Shown in pieces: positions 1 to 7,910 of a stretch of DNA of 32,000 nt; positions within the stretch are counted from its first letter, which is position 1; the number at the start of each line of letters is the position of its first letter. A program made the position numbers and the translations under genes. The notes beneath the pieces were generated by a model. That model did no database searches and was not told the DNA's origin. It saw only the letters and a list, made by a program, of their open reading frames with translations. Location: the NCBI RefSeq assembly GCF_001462395.1, contig NZ_LNTB01000001.1, positions 60,001-92,000 on the forward strand. Reading direction: 5' to 3'. This DNA is from Pyrodictium occultum (lineage in GTDB: Archaea; Thermoproteota; Thermoprotei_A; Sulfolobales; Pyrodictiaceae).

Positions 1-94
1 TCTCCCTTCCTCGGGCCCGCCGCTCTAAGGGGGCAGAGAGTTCCCTTTAAGAAGGGGTCTCCACGGGCGTCACGGAGCCCGGAGGGTTGCCGGC

Positions 95-364
95 ATGCCC
101 GTCGAGCTAAAGAGCAAGGAGGAATTCCTCAAGGTTGTCGAGAGGGCTAGCGAGTGCCGTGTCAAGCTTGGATACCGGAGGGTTGAAACAGGGGAAGGGG
201 CCAAGAGGATAAAGGTGCTGAAGGTTAAGGCCAGGACCCCCAGCTATCTCTACACCCTGGTGTTCAACAATATTGACGAGGGTGTAGAGTTCGTTAAGTC
301 GATAAAGGGCAGGTGCAAGAGCCTCCGGGTTCTCGACCCTGAGATGGAGGATAGGCTTAAGTGA
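95..364 (+). CDS. rpl38e: 50S ribosomal protein L38e (eL38)
   Basis: 89-aa ORF. The segment KVKARTPSYLYTLVF matches the conserved KVRCSRYLYTLV core of eukaryotic/crenarchaeal eL38. Size is typical for the family. Confidence 0.8.
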   Translation: MPVELKSKEEFLKVVERASECRVKLGYRRVETGEGAKRIKVLKVKARTPSYLYTLVFNNIDEGVEFVKSIKGRCKSLRVLDPEMEDRLK

Positions 365-494
365 ATTGTAGATAACGCTCTAGCTTCAACACTCTAGCTT
401 ATCCCGCGCTAGCCCCCGGGTCTTTACGGTATGGGCCCTGGGCATCCCTCATCCTCAAGGGCGGGATGGGAGGGAAAATGCTGTAGTTTTGTCC

Positions 495-851
495 CTATTT
501 ACGCGTGACGCCCACTATTATACCTATAATGAAGCCTATCGACGTAGGGCCTACGGCTATGAAGCCGAGCATTTTTACAGCGTTTAGTATGAGATCCTTG
601 AATTTCGCCAGTCCCTCTATCCTCGATGCTAGGTCGTTAACACTACCAGAGGCTCCCCACACGCCTATCAATGTACCTAGCAGGAACACACCTATGAGCG
701 CTATAATGTACTTTGCTATTTTTGCCATATAGTAGCCCGCCGCGAAGCCTAGGAGAAGTTGCAGAACTACAGCTACCAGTAGCTGCGGGTTAGTGCTGGC
801 TGCGGCTATCAGGCTTGTGAGAGAGCTTACATTGGTAGCGTTGCCTGCCAC
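495..851 (-). CDS. small integral membrane protein, function unknown
   Basis: 118-aa ORF with a GTG start and about three long hydrophobic segments (LLVAVVLQLLLGFAAGYY, IIALIGVFLLGTLIGVWG, IAVGPTSIGFIIGIIVGV). A TATA-like CTTTAAAG lies about 40 nt upstream on the minus strand. The opposite-strand ORF 505..732 is its antisense shadow. Confidence 0.5.
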   Translation of the reverse strand: MAGNATNVSSLTSLIAAASTNPQLLVAVVLQLLLGFAAGYYMAKIAKYIIALIGVFLLGTLIGVWGASGSVNDLASRIEGLAKFKDLILNAVKMLGFIAVGPTSIGFIIGIIVGVTRK

Positions 852-1031
852 TCCCTAGCCACCATCTCCAATAGGGCTCCTACGCGGCTTTAAAGAGGCC
901 AACGCTGGGTATGCATCCTGTTGGGGGTTAAATCGGTATCTACCCCGGCCCTAGCCCCTGGCCAGAAAGCTAAATAACAGCGCCCCAGGGTCTTGGAATC
1001 CCCCGTAATTGGAGTCTCTGGCGGCGTGGGT

Positions 1032-1152
1032 GGGCCCGTCGTCTAGCTTGGTAGGATGCGGGGTACACACAGCCCCGCCCGGGAAGCCGTGAGGGCGGGG
1101 GTGTGCCCGACTCGGGACCCCGTGGTCCCGGGTTCAAATCCCGGCGGGCCCA
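1032..1152 (+). tRNA. tRNA-Pro: tRNA-Pro (anticodon CGG at 1113-1115) with a ~47-nt intron; CCA encoded at 1153-1155
   Basis: Manual cloverleaf: acceptor GGGCCCG/CGGGCCC, D arm GTCT-AGCTTGGTA-GGAT, anticodon stem CGGGG(1059-1063)/CCCCG(1118-1122), T arm CCGGG-TTCAAAT-CCCGG, discriminator A1152. The two anticodon-stem strands are 54 nt apart. Removing 47 nt leaves a 7-nt loop YUCGGGA. Coordinates were anchored on the overlapping ORF 1056..1730. Confidence 0.8.
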
Positions 1153-1211
1153 CCATCTCCTCCGCCAGCCGCCGGTCACCCGCCCTGTTCTGGCGGTCGT
1201 TAAGGGGCTCG

Positions 1212-1730
1212 ATGGCTATGATACTTAGGCCGGCCACGAGGGAGGAGGTTCTAAGGCTAAGGGGGATAGCGGATTACCAGTTCGGCTACCCTGCCGGCGA
1301 CCTCCTCATACCCGATGACGCTGTCGTGGGGGTCTCGCCGGGGACGCGGAGAATAAGGGAGGTGTACGGCGAGGAAGGGCTTCTAGCGGTGCTGCGGGCC
1401 CACGACTATCTTTTCTCCCTGTCGCCGAGGGGTGCGCGCCGGCTGCTATCGCTGCCTGAGCCCCGGCTGCGGGCATGGGTTTCCCCGGACGCCATGGGCG
1501 AGCTTCGGAAGAGTATACCGTGCAGGGCGGTAAGGAGGCTGGATACAAGCCTCCTCGCAGGGGATGAGGTTATAGTTCTGGATGAGCGTGGAGTGCTGCT
1601 CGGCGTGGGTAGGCTCCGCCTCTCCCCCGAGGAGATTCTGGAGGAAGAGTGCTGGGGAGAGGCTATCCGTGTACGTAAATTTGCTGAGAAGGCTGTATCC
1701 CCTGGGCAGCGGGAGGTGCAGCCAGGGTGA
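1212..1730 (+). CDS. stand-alone PUA-domain RNA-binding protein resembling the C-terminal (pre-PUA + PUA) part of ArcTGT/ArcS
   Basis: I start it at ATG 1212 because the first 52 codons of track ORF 1056..1730 run through tRNA-Pro. It carries IADYQFGYPAG and a C-terminal GDEVIVLDERGVLLGVGRLRLSPEEI, a PUA-type beta-barrel signature. Confidence 0.65.
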   Translation: MAMILRPATREEVLRLRGIADYQFGYPAGDLLIPDDAVVGVSPGTRRIREVYGEEGLLAVLRAHDYLFSLSPRGARRLLSLPEPRLRAWVSPDAMGELRKSIPCRAVRRLDTSLLAGDEVIVLDERGVLLGVGRLRLSPEEILEEECWGEAIRVRKFAEKAVSPGQREVQPG

Positions 1731-2473
1731 GCAGGTATAACGTTCACAGGTTTCGGACTATCCGCGTAGCGTACGCCGAGGATGTGAGGGGCTCCGATCT
1801 CTTTATCACAGGGTTCAAGGGCTATGGGGCTGTAGGCTATATAGCTACGCTTCATCTTGCCGACACGGCTGACTGCAGGGAAGCTGGCTATGTAATAACA
1901 AAGTATATGCCCGAAGCCGTTACCCCCAGCTCGCGTGGCGTTGTTGGCCCTTTCACGCTCTACTACTGCGAGAACTCTGGGAAGCGCATAACGCTGCTCG
2001 TCAACCATGATATACCGGTTGTCCAGGAGAGGAGCAGGTTCGCCGAGGCTATAGTGGACTTCCTACAGGCCGCCGAGGTTAAGGAGGCTGTTCTCATAGG
2101 CGGGTTTGACTCCAGGTTCAGGCAGGGCGAGGAGAAGCTACGCTGGGTGGCTACCTCCGCCTATAGCCGTGGGCTTGAGGAGCCCCGTATGGATAAAGGC
2201 CTCTACGTGGTTGGGCCTCTGGCCCTTCTGCTCTTCTATGCAGAGGTGAGGAGCTATCCGACGCTGGCCGTGCTCCCCTACACGGAGGCGGCTAGGCCGG
2301 ATCCTAGGGCAGCCGCTGTGGCCATTGAGAAGATAAACGAGCTTTACGGGCTGAGCTTCGGCGTTGAGGAGCTGCTGGAGCAGGCAAAGAAGATAGAGGA
2401 GATGATTACTATGATGGAGCAGCAGCAGAGGGAGATGATGACGCCGCCCAGCAGCGAACGGGCTTACATGTAG
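1727..2473 (+). CDS. PAC2 (proteasome assembly chaperone 2-like, COG1938) family protein
   Basis: 248-aa ORF. Its GTG start overlaps the upstream stop (GTGA). The N-terminal LFITGFKGYGAVGYIATLHL fits the PAC2-family G-x-G-x-V-G pattern. The C-terminal tail is acidic and Met/Gln-rich. Confidence 0.55.
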   Translation: MSRYNVHRFRTIRVAYAEDVRGSDLFITGFKGYGAVGYIATLHLADTADCREAGYVITKYMPEAVTPSSRGVVGPFTLYYCENSGKRITLLVNHDIPVVQERSRFAEAIVDFLQAAEVKEAVLIGGFDSRFRQGEEKLRWVATSAYSRGLEEPRMDKGLYVVGPLALLLFYAEVRSYPTLAVLPYTEAARPDPRAAAVAIEKINELYGLSFGVEELLEQAKKIEEMITMMEQQQREMMTPPSSERAYM

Positions 2474-2514
2474 CCCTCTTTTCCTCCCCTCCCGAGGGGC
2501 CGGATGAGGGCTCC

Positions 2515-4095
2515 CTAATCTTCTCCGAGGTGGTCGATTCTCCTTAGCTCCACACGTAGCCCCAGCTCTCGGAGCATTTGGGCTATGCGATGAGCTAGCC
2601 TGGTGCTCCAGGGCAGCTCCGAGTATTCTATCACTATAACTTCACTATAGGTATCTATATGCCTTTTGAAGTACTCTGTAACATAGCCTACTGTCCGCTC
2701 TACGACGTCGCTGTATTGAGAATCATTCATCTCGTACTGGGAGAGGGGGTAAGTCTCCGCGAGCTCCTCTGGAATCACCCCTATATAGGGGCTATAACCC
2801 ACCACGTGATAGCCACGGTCGAGCCCGCGGACCGCCATCCTGTATATCCTTGAGTGCGTGAAGGGCTTCTCCGAGGGGTCAACCGGGATTAGCAGGGCCT
2901 TCCCCTTCCTGGGCTTGTAGTAGTTGACGACTCTCTCGCGGTGGATTACCAGCTTGGGATGGTGGAGGCTCTCGTTACCGTAGAGGAATATCCCCTTGGC
3001 CTGCGAGCCCTTGGCTCGTGGCGTCAGCCTGGCTAAATAGTTGCTGTACTGTGCGAGCTTGCTGAAGGCCTTGGCCAGGGATGGGTGGGCTCTGCTCTTC
3101 TCCTCGAGGAGCTCCCAGAGCCTCCCTTCCTTTATGGCTGTTTTTACCTCGTTTATGGCTGTTTTAAGCACGTAGAGGTTGTGGAGTGCCAGGAGCCTTG
3201 TTCTCTCCTGCTTTGGCATCTCCCTTAGCTCCTGTGGCGTGTATTTGCTGCAGACTGGACAGCTGCAGGGGAAGTAGTCTAGCTCCTCCAGCCTATAGGT
3301 TCTGCTGAGGGTCATGTATCTGCCGTCCCTTGCATATAGGATGTATGAGGCTGAATCAAACATGTCCACGCCAAGGGCCACGGCGAAGGGAATTATCATG
3401 GGGTGCCCCGCGCCGAAGAGGTGGAGAGGCTTGCTTCTTGGAAGATAGCGTCTCGCGGTAAACACCATTTCCACAAGCGTGGAGTAATCGTAGCGCTCTA
3501 GGAGGACTGTGGGGCTTCCAAGGGCGTAGAGGCGGTAGCGTGGTAGCTTTGCCGACTCCCTGGCGCTCTTCTCCAGAAGCTCCCGGAAGGGTCCACCCTG
3601 CACCGGTAGGGTCCATATTCTCTCGTCATCTATGTGCTCTAGGGCTTCACGAGCCCGGCGTAGCGTCTCCTCAACACTATAGCGGGCCTGGACGGGGTCC
3701 CCAGCGTTGCCGGTAGGCACGTCCAGGATCACTGCTATATCGCTGCCTATGCCCTTCTGGAACTCTACCACCTCGCGCGGATCTATGTCGACTCTGCCGT
3801 ACTGGAGTATCTGGTAGGCTCCCGAGTCAGTCATAACTATGCCATTGAAATTGAGTATGCCGTGTACGCCTTGCTCGAGCGCCCTGCTTCTCATCCTCTT
3901 CCACAGCAGGTAGGCATTGGTTATTACCGCATTGAAGCCCATCGACTCTATATCCTTTAGTGGGACCTCCTGCCTAGCTATATCTATGACTGGGAGTAGC
4001 GCGGGGGTCTCGAGGACCCCGTGTGGGGTGTAGAGCCTCCCTATTCTCCCTGCAAGATCCTTATCCTTTACCTCGAATACGCCTATCCGGGTCAA
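2515..4095 (-). CDS. tgtA: archaeosine tRNA-guanine(15) transglycosylase (ArcTGT)
   Basis: 526 aa. The N-terminus KDLAGRIGRLYTPHGVLETPALLPV resembles ArcTGT. Catalytic-region DSGAYQ and the Zn site CSCPVCSKY...LALHNLY (CxCxxC...H) are present. The C-terminal ~150 aa do not look like a PUA domain. The TTG start overlaps the stop of the upstream Sm gene (TTGA). Confidence 0.85.
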   Translation of the reverse strand: MTRIGVFEVKDKDLAGRIGRLYTPHGVLETPALLPVIDIARQEVPLKDIESMGFNAVITNAYLLWKRMRSRALEQGVHGILNFNGIVMTDSGAYQILQYGRVDIDPREVVEFQKGIGSDIAVILDVPTGNAGDPVQARYSVEETLRRAREALEHIDDERIWTLPVQGGPFRELLEKSARESAKLPRYRLYALGSPTVLLERYDYSTLVEMVFTARRYLPRSKPLHLFGAGHPMIIPFAVALGVDMFDSASYILYARDGRYMTLSRTYRLEELDYFPCSCPVCSKYTPQELREMPKQERTRLLALHNLYVLKTAINEVKTAIKEGRLWELLEEKSRAHPSLAKAFSKLAQYSNYLARLTPRAKGSQAKGIFLYGNESLHHPKLVIHRERVVNYYKPRKGKALLIPVDPSEKPFTHSRIYRMAVRGLDRGYHVVGYSPYIGVIPEELAETYPLSQYEMNDSQYSDVVERTVGYVTEYFKRHIDTYSEVIVIEYSELPWSTRLAHRIAQMLRELGLRVELRRIDHLGED

Positions 4096-4550
4096 CGGAG
4101 CTCTTCTCCCCTCTTCTTCGCCTCAATATACTCTCTTAGCACGTAGCTTACCTTGGCCGCGAGGGGCCCCGCGCCCTCAACGCCGTTGGCTGTGACCCTT
4201 ATACTGTTGTATATTACCACGACACCGGCGTCCTGGAACACCTTTATCGCATCAGGGCGCAGTCCTAGTCTCCTTGCGACGTAGTTGGCGAATTCCCGCG
4301 GGTCAAACATGGTTGTTTCATAGGCCCTAATCTCGGCCACAACTCTGCCCATTATGAAGAGCCTGGGTATCCTTGTCTCTCCCGCCTCCACGTCGCCGAG
4401 GACCAGGTTCATCTCGGGGTGGTCGAAGCCGAGAAGGGTTCCCTTGTACTTACGTCCATCCATTAGGACTACTTCGACGCGCTTTCCCAGAAGATTGTTC
4501 AGCTCTGCGACTAGGCGTCTCGCCGCAGCCGGGGCGATTGCTGAGGCCAT
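4092..4550 (-). CDS. Sm-like (LSm) protein with a C-terminal extension domain (SmAP3-like)
   Basis: 152 aa. The Sm1 motif is VEVVLMDGRKYKGTLLGFDHPEMNLVLGD and the Sm2 motif is RLFIMGRVVAEI. About 75 further residues follow, as in crenarchaeal SmAP3-type proteins. Confidence 0.65.
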   Translation of the reverse strand: MASAIAPAAARRLVAELNNLLGKRVEVVLMDGRKYKGTLLGFDHPEMNLVLGDVEAGETRIPRLFIMGRVVAEIRAYETTMFDPREFANYVARRLGLRPDAIKVFQDAGVVVIYNSIRVTANGVEGAGPLAAKVSYVLREYIEAKKRGEELR

Positions 4551-4587
4551 CTAGGGTGCACCACTGGTACACAAGGGACGCATGGAG

Positions 4588-4595
4588 TTTTATAG
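4588..4595 (+). promoter_or_regulatory. TATA box candidate (TTTTATAG) for rpo8
   Basis: An AT-rich octamer sits in GC-rich intergenic DNA 38 nt after the start of the divergent Sm gene. In-frame GTG 4634 lies ~40 nt downstream, and TTG 4685 and GTG 4694 lie further on. Confidence 0.4.
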
Positions 4596-4693
4596 CTACA
4601 GAGGGTGCATCAGCCTTCCAGCCCCCATGGAGGGTGGGGATTTTAGCTCGGCAGGCCAGGGGGCGTCCAGGGTGCAATAGAGAGTTGGGCAAC

Positions 4694-5050
4694 GTGATAG
4701 CACAGTTCCGGGGAAGGGTTGAGTCTGTTGAGCGGGAGCTTATCCCGCGAATGTTCTTGGCCCGTATTAAGAGCCTTGACGGCGTCTATGAGGTTGAAAT
4801 GGATATACATAGAGACCTTGTGGTCTACGAGCCTGGCACGGAGGTGGAGGTAACCGTTTCGAGAGAGCTGCCAGCCTATAAGGATGGAGAGGACCTCGTG
4901 GGGAGGGGCACTGTTGTCTCGATGAAGGATGAGGGCGGGCGCAAAGCAGTCCTCATATCACTAGGGGGGCTCCTCTTCATACTTAGGTCCTCAAAGGAAT
5001 TAGACGTGAAGCCGACTGAGAAGCTCTATGTTAAGGTTTCCAAGCTCTAG
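4694..5050 (+). CDS. rpoG: DNA-directed RNA polymerase subunit Rpo8 (RpoG)
   Basis: The C-terminal block AVLISLGGLLFILRSSKE resembles Sulfolobus RpoG ITIISLFGLLVKIISNKE. The N-terminal block FRGRVESVERE resembles CEINSIERG. The start is uncertain among in-frame GTG 4634, TTG 4685 and GTG 4694. The track start at 4373 would overlap the Sm gene and is rejected. Confidence 0.6.
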   Translation: MIAQFRGRVESVERELIPRMFLARIKSLDGVYEVEMDIHRDLVVYEPGTEVEVTVSRELPAYKDGEDLVGRGTVVSMKDEGGRKAVLISLGGLLFILRSSKELDVKPTEKLYVKVSKL

Positions 5051-5146
5051 AGGAGAAGACCCCTAGGGACATGGAGTATCATTTGTTTCGCTGACCAGTG
5101 TAAGAGGGGTTCACAACAAGGCCCAGCCTCCGGGGAATACCCTGCC

Positions 5147-5989
5147 GTGGATAAGCTGCCAGCGCTTGCAACGGCAGCGGCTATAGCGCTCCTTGCATAC
5201 GGGGTAGGGATGCCCATAACTGGTATAGCACATATGCTTCCAGGTCTCGCGCACCATCTACACCCCGGGGTCCTTGCAGCGGGCCTGGCGGCCGTGCTGG
5301 CCGGCTACTACCTTCGGAGCAGGCGGAAAGCAGCCATATGCGTAGAGCTTATATCCTCAAAGATAGCCCCCAAGAAAAACCTCATCAATGATGCAAGGAA
5401 TCTCGAGCATCTGATCCGCCGGCTATCCCTTACATCCAGAAGGGTTACGTACAACGTAGAGGGGCCTCCTCCGAGGGCCCTGCTCCTCGTAGAAGGAGCC
5501 TCAATAACGCAGCACGAACTCATTGAGATATTGAACTCGTACATGGATAGCATAAAGGCGATTCCATGTACAAGGCCTACGGCGAAAGCTCACACCAACA
5601 CGGAGTGCTGTGCCACGCAGATTAGAGCAAAGCTGATCGCACCGCTCCTGCGAAAGCTGGCGGGTGCCAGCAAGGGCCCAGTACTCATTATAGATCTGAA
5701 GAACCTTCTGGACGAAAACATTCTGGCCAGCCTGCAAGTTGATGGGGCTGGCAAGATTACTGTAGAGAGGCTTGGAAACAAGCTCTATATAAGCGATAAG
5801 ATAGCTGGCATGCTCTCCGCCTTAGAGAGAGCCGGGCCGAGCACGCTCGTTATAATAGAGCCCCTTGACCTTCCCGCAAATATTCTCTCGAGACTGGCCG
5901 AAGACTACAATGTAGAGAAATGCATAGTGATAACCCAGTACAGCGACTACGCGAACAAGCTTGCTCCATGCAGGGGGTTGAAGATCTAA
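5147..5989 (+). CDS. hypothetical membrane-anchored protein (two N-terminal hydrophobic helices plus a ~210-aa soluble domain)
   Basis: 280-aa ORF with a GTG start. No motif recognised. It is visibly more AT-rich than its neighbours and has no convincing TATA upstream. Confidence 0.4.
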   Translation: MDKLPALATAAAIALLAYGVGMPITGIAHMLPGLAHHLHPGVLAAGLAAVLAGYYLRSRRKAAICVELISSKIAPKKNLINDARNLEHLIRRLSLTSRRVTYNVEGPPPRALLLVEGASITQHELIEILNSYMDSIKAIPCTRPTAKAHTNTECCATQIRAKLIAPLLRKLAGASKGPVLIIDLKNLLDENILASLQVDGAGKITVERLGNKLYISDKIAGMLSALERAGPSTLVIIEPLDLPANILSRLAEDYNVEKCIVITQYSDYANKLAPCRGLKI

Positions 5990-6062
5990 AACACCAATAC
6001 GAGAAACACTATTAAACCCGGTCTAGCTGTCCGTACCCTACATGGCGGTCCACTGGAGGGAT

Positions 6063-6218
6063 CCCGCCGTAGCTCAGCGGCAGAGCGCCCGGCTGTAGGT
6101 GGGGCTCAGGCCCCCCACGCGCCCGACGCCCCCGCAGGGGGCCTGGATGAGGGCGCGCCGGCACGGGGGCCTGGGGGCAGACACCGGGCGGTCCGGGGTT
6201 CGAATCCCCGCGGCGGGA
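6063..6218 (+). tRNA. tRNA-Tyr: tRNA-Tyr (anticodon GTA at 6095-6097) with an 84-nt intron (6099-6182) at the canonical 37/38 site; CCA encoded at 6219-6221
   Basis: Acceptor is CCCGCCG/CGGCGGG, giving the C1:G72 pair typical of archaeal tRNA-Tyr. Other arms: D arm GCTC-AGCGGCA-GAGC, anticodon stem CCCGG/CCGGG, loop CTGTAG|...|A, T arm CGGGG-TTCGAAT-CCCCG. A 4-bp CTGT/GCAG helix is flanked by 3-nt bulges at both splice sites. Coordinates were anchored on antisense ORF 6012..6278. Confidence 0.8.
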
Positions 6219-6460
6219 CCACCGCCCGGGCAACCCATCCCACCCCCTGCTAGCTCCTAGACCACACTCACGCCACATGCCACCGGCGAGAGCCGGTGCA
6301 AACCACTGATGCAGCTAGGGTCTTGAACGATTTAAATAGGTAGTAGAAGTCCGGCCTGCAAGCCACGAGCTGCCAGACCCGGAGGGGGTTCAGCCGACAA
6401 AACTAGATAGCGGCTGTGCACGCGAGCATGTATAGGGTCCAAGGCTTTGAAGCGGTGAAG

Positions 6461-7744
6461 CTAGGCATCCACCGCTATATCACTATTATTCTCTCCTATT
6501 ACGATCTTTTCAGGTATCCCCGTATCCATTACGTGTTTCGCATACTCTTTAGCCACGTCCTCCTCGCTGTGCACTATAACCACCATTCTAGGCTTGGTAG
6601 CCTTCACAACCTCCAGCAGCCCCTTGTAGTCAGCATGGCTACTGAAGTCTAGCCATTCAACCCTGGCTCTTACAGGCTCCTCGCTTCCTGGCATAAGTCC
6701 CTCCTCCACTATCCTACGGCCATTGGACCCTGGCGCCTGGAAGCTAACTAGGACTACTGCGTTCCTGGGGTTTCCGCCTATACGTTTTAGATAGTAGAGG
6801 CTTGGTCCCCCCTTAAGCATGCCTGCCGACGCTATTATTACGCTGGGCTGCCTCCAAGCCCTATTACGATCACGCCAGCCCTTTACTATATTGAACTCCT
6901 CGTAGGCCTTGCGGAGGAGATGTAGGTTGTTAATGTACTCGCTATTCTCCAGGAATATCTCTGTCACCTTTCTTATCATACCGTCAACGTACACAGGCAC
7001 TCCGGGATCGTGCTCGGCGAGGATCATCATCATCTCTTGGCCTCTAGCTATGCTGAACGATGGTATCAGCACGGTACCGCCGCGGTCTACAACCTCCTCT
7101 ACTATTGAGAGTAGGCGCTTCTCCGCCCTCTCCCTCGGCGGGTGAAGGGAGGCTCCGTAAGTCGCCTCGGTTATTAATACGTCAATTCTCCCTATGGCGT
7201 CGAGCTGCGGAGGCTTCATCAGCTTCGTCTCGATAGTGTTTATGTCTCCCGTGAACCCTATCCTGACACCATCTATATCGAGCACAACAAAGGTGCTGCC
7301 CGGTATATGGCCCGCCGAGTAGGCTGAAGCCTCGACACCATCTATATCGACACGTTGGCCGTACCTTATGTATTCTGCCGCCTCGAGGAGCGTTTGCACC
7401 TCACGGTGCTCATAGGGCGAGTAGTAGCCGTTAAGCTTGAGGAAGTCTTCTAGCATGAGCTTCGCCATCTGGATCGTTGGGCGCGTAGCATAGACCCGTG
7501 GATTGCCGGAGATGAAGTACATCGGCGCAGTGCCTATATGGTCTAGGTGGGCGTGGCTGAGTATAATGGCGTCAATGTACTTTGGCGGATAGGTGGCTGC
7601 GAATACCGGCCTATCCTCGTCATCAAAGTTGACTCCCGCATCAAGTAGTATGCCTCTCTTATCCCCACTGTTTCTCCTCACGAGTATTGACATTCTGCCG
7701 ACTTCCTTGCCTCCACCTAGTACTCTGATCACAGGTTTACCCAA
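6461..7744 (-). CDS. beta-CASP metallo-beta-lactamase-fold ribonuclease without KH domains (aCPSF2-type)
   Basis: 427 aa with MBL motif 2 LSHAHLDHIG. It also has the later D/H motifs (GDINT, EATYG, SSHAD) expected of a beta-CASP nuclease. It lacks the N-terminal KH domains of aCPSF1. Confidence 0.8.
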   Translation of the reverse strand: MGKPVIRVLGGGKEVGRMSILVRRNSGDKRGILLDAGVNFDDEDRPVFAATYPPKYIDAIILSHAHLDHIGTAPMYFISGNPRVYATRPTIQMAKLMLEDFLKLNGYYSPYEHREVQTLLEAAEYIRYGQRVDIDGVEASAYSAGHIPGSTFVVLDIDGVRIGFTGDINTIETKLMKPPQLDAIGRIDVLITEATYGASLHPPRERAEKRLLSIVEEVVDRGGTVLIPSFSIARGQEMMMILAEHDPGVPVYVDGMIRKVTEIFLENSEYINNLHLLRKAYEEFNIVKGWRDRNRAWRQPSVIIASAGMLKGGPSLYYLKRIGGNPRNAVVLVSFQAPGSNGRRIVEEGLMPGSEEPVRARVEWLDFSSHADYKGLLEVVKATKPRMVVIVHSEEDVAKEYAKHVMDTGIPEKIVIGENNSDIAVDA

Positions 7745-7910
7745 GGCTACCCCCTCTACGACATGTGTTCAAGGGCCGGAGGAGGCATAACCTCACACAC
7801 TCCCACAACGAATTGTGGCACCCCTGAACATGCAACGCAAACTAGCCATTATATACTATAATGGCTCACGCCGCTGACCCGTAGCAGGGTAAGCGGGGTG
7901 CGCCCGGCTC

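Noticed and set aside
970-1237. Track ORFs 970..1179(-) and 1043..1237(-), plus the first 52 codons of 1056..1730(+)
   Set aside because: They run through or antisense to tRNA-Pro and give Pro/Arg/Gly-rich junk. The PUA protein has a good internal ATG at 1212.
4373-4693. Long N-terminal extension of the rpo8 ORF (track start 4373) and the ORFs 4354..4554(+) and 4450..4692(-)
   Set aside because: They overlap the well-supported Sm-like gene on the opposite strand and lie upstream of the TATA box at 4588-4595. The translation is low-complexity Arg/Pro/Ser.
6012-6278. 88-aa ORF on the minus strand
   Set aside because: It is exactly antisense to tRNA-Tyr and its GC-rich intron, and is a Pro/Gly/Arg-rich artefact.
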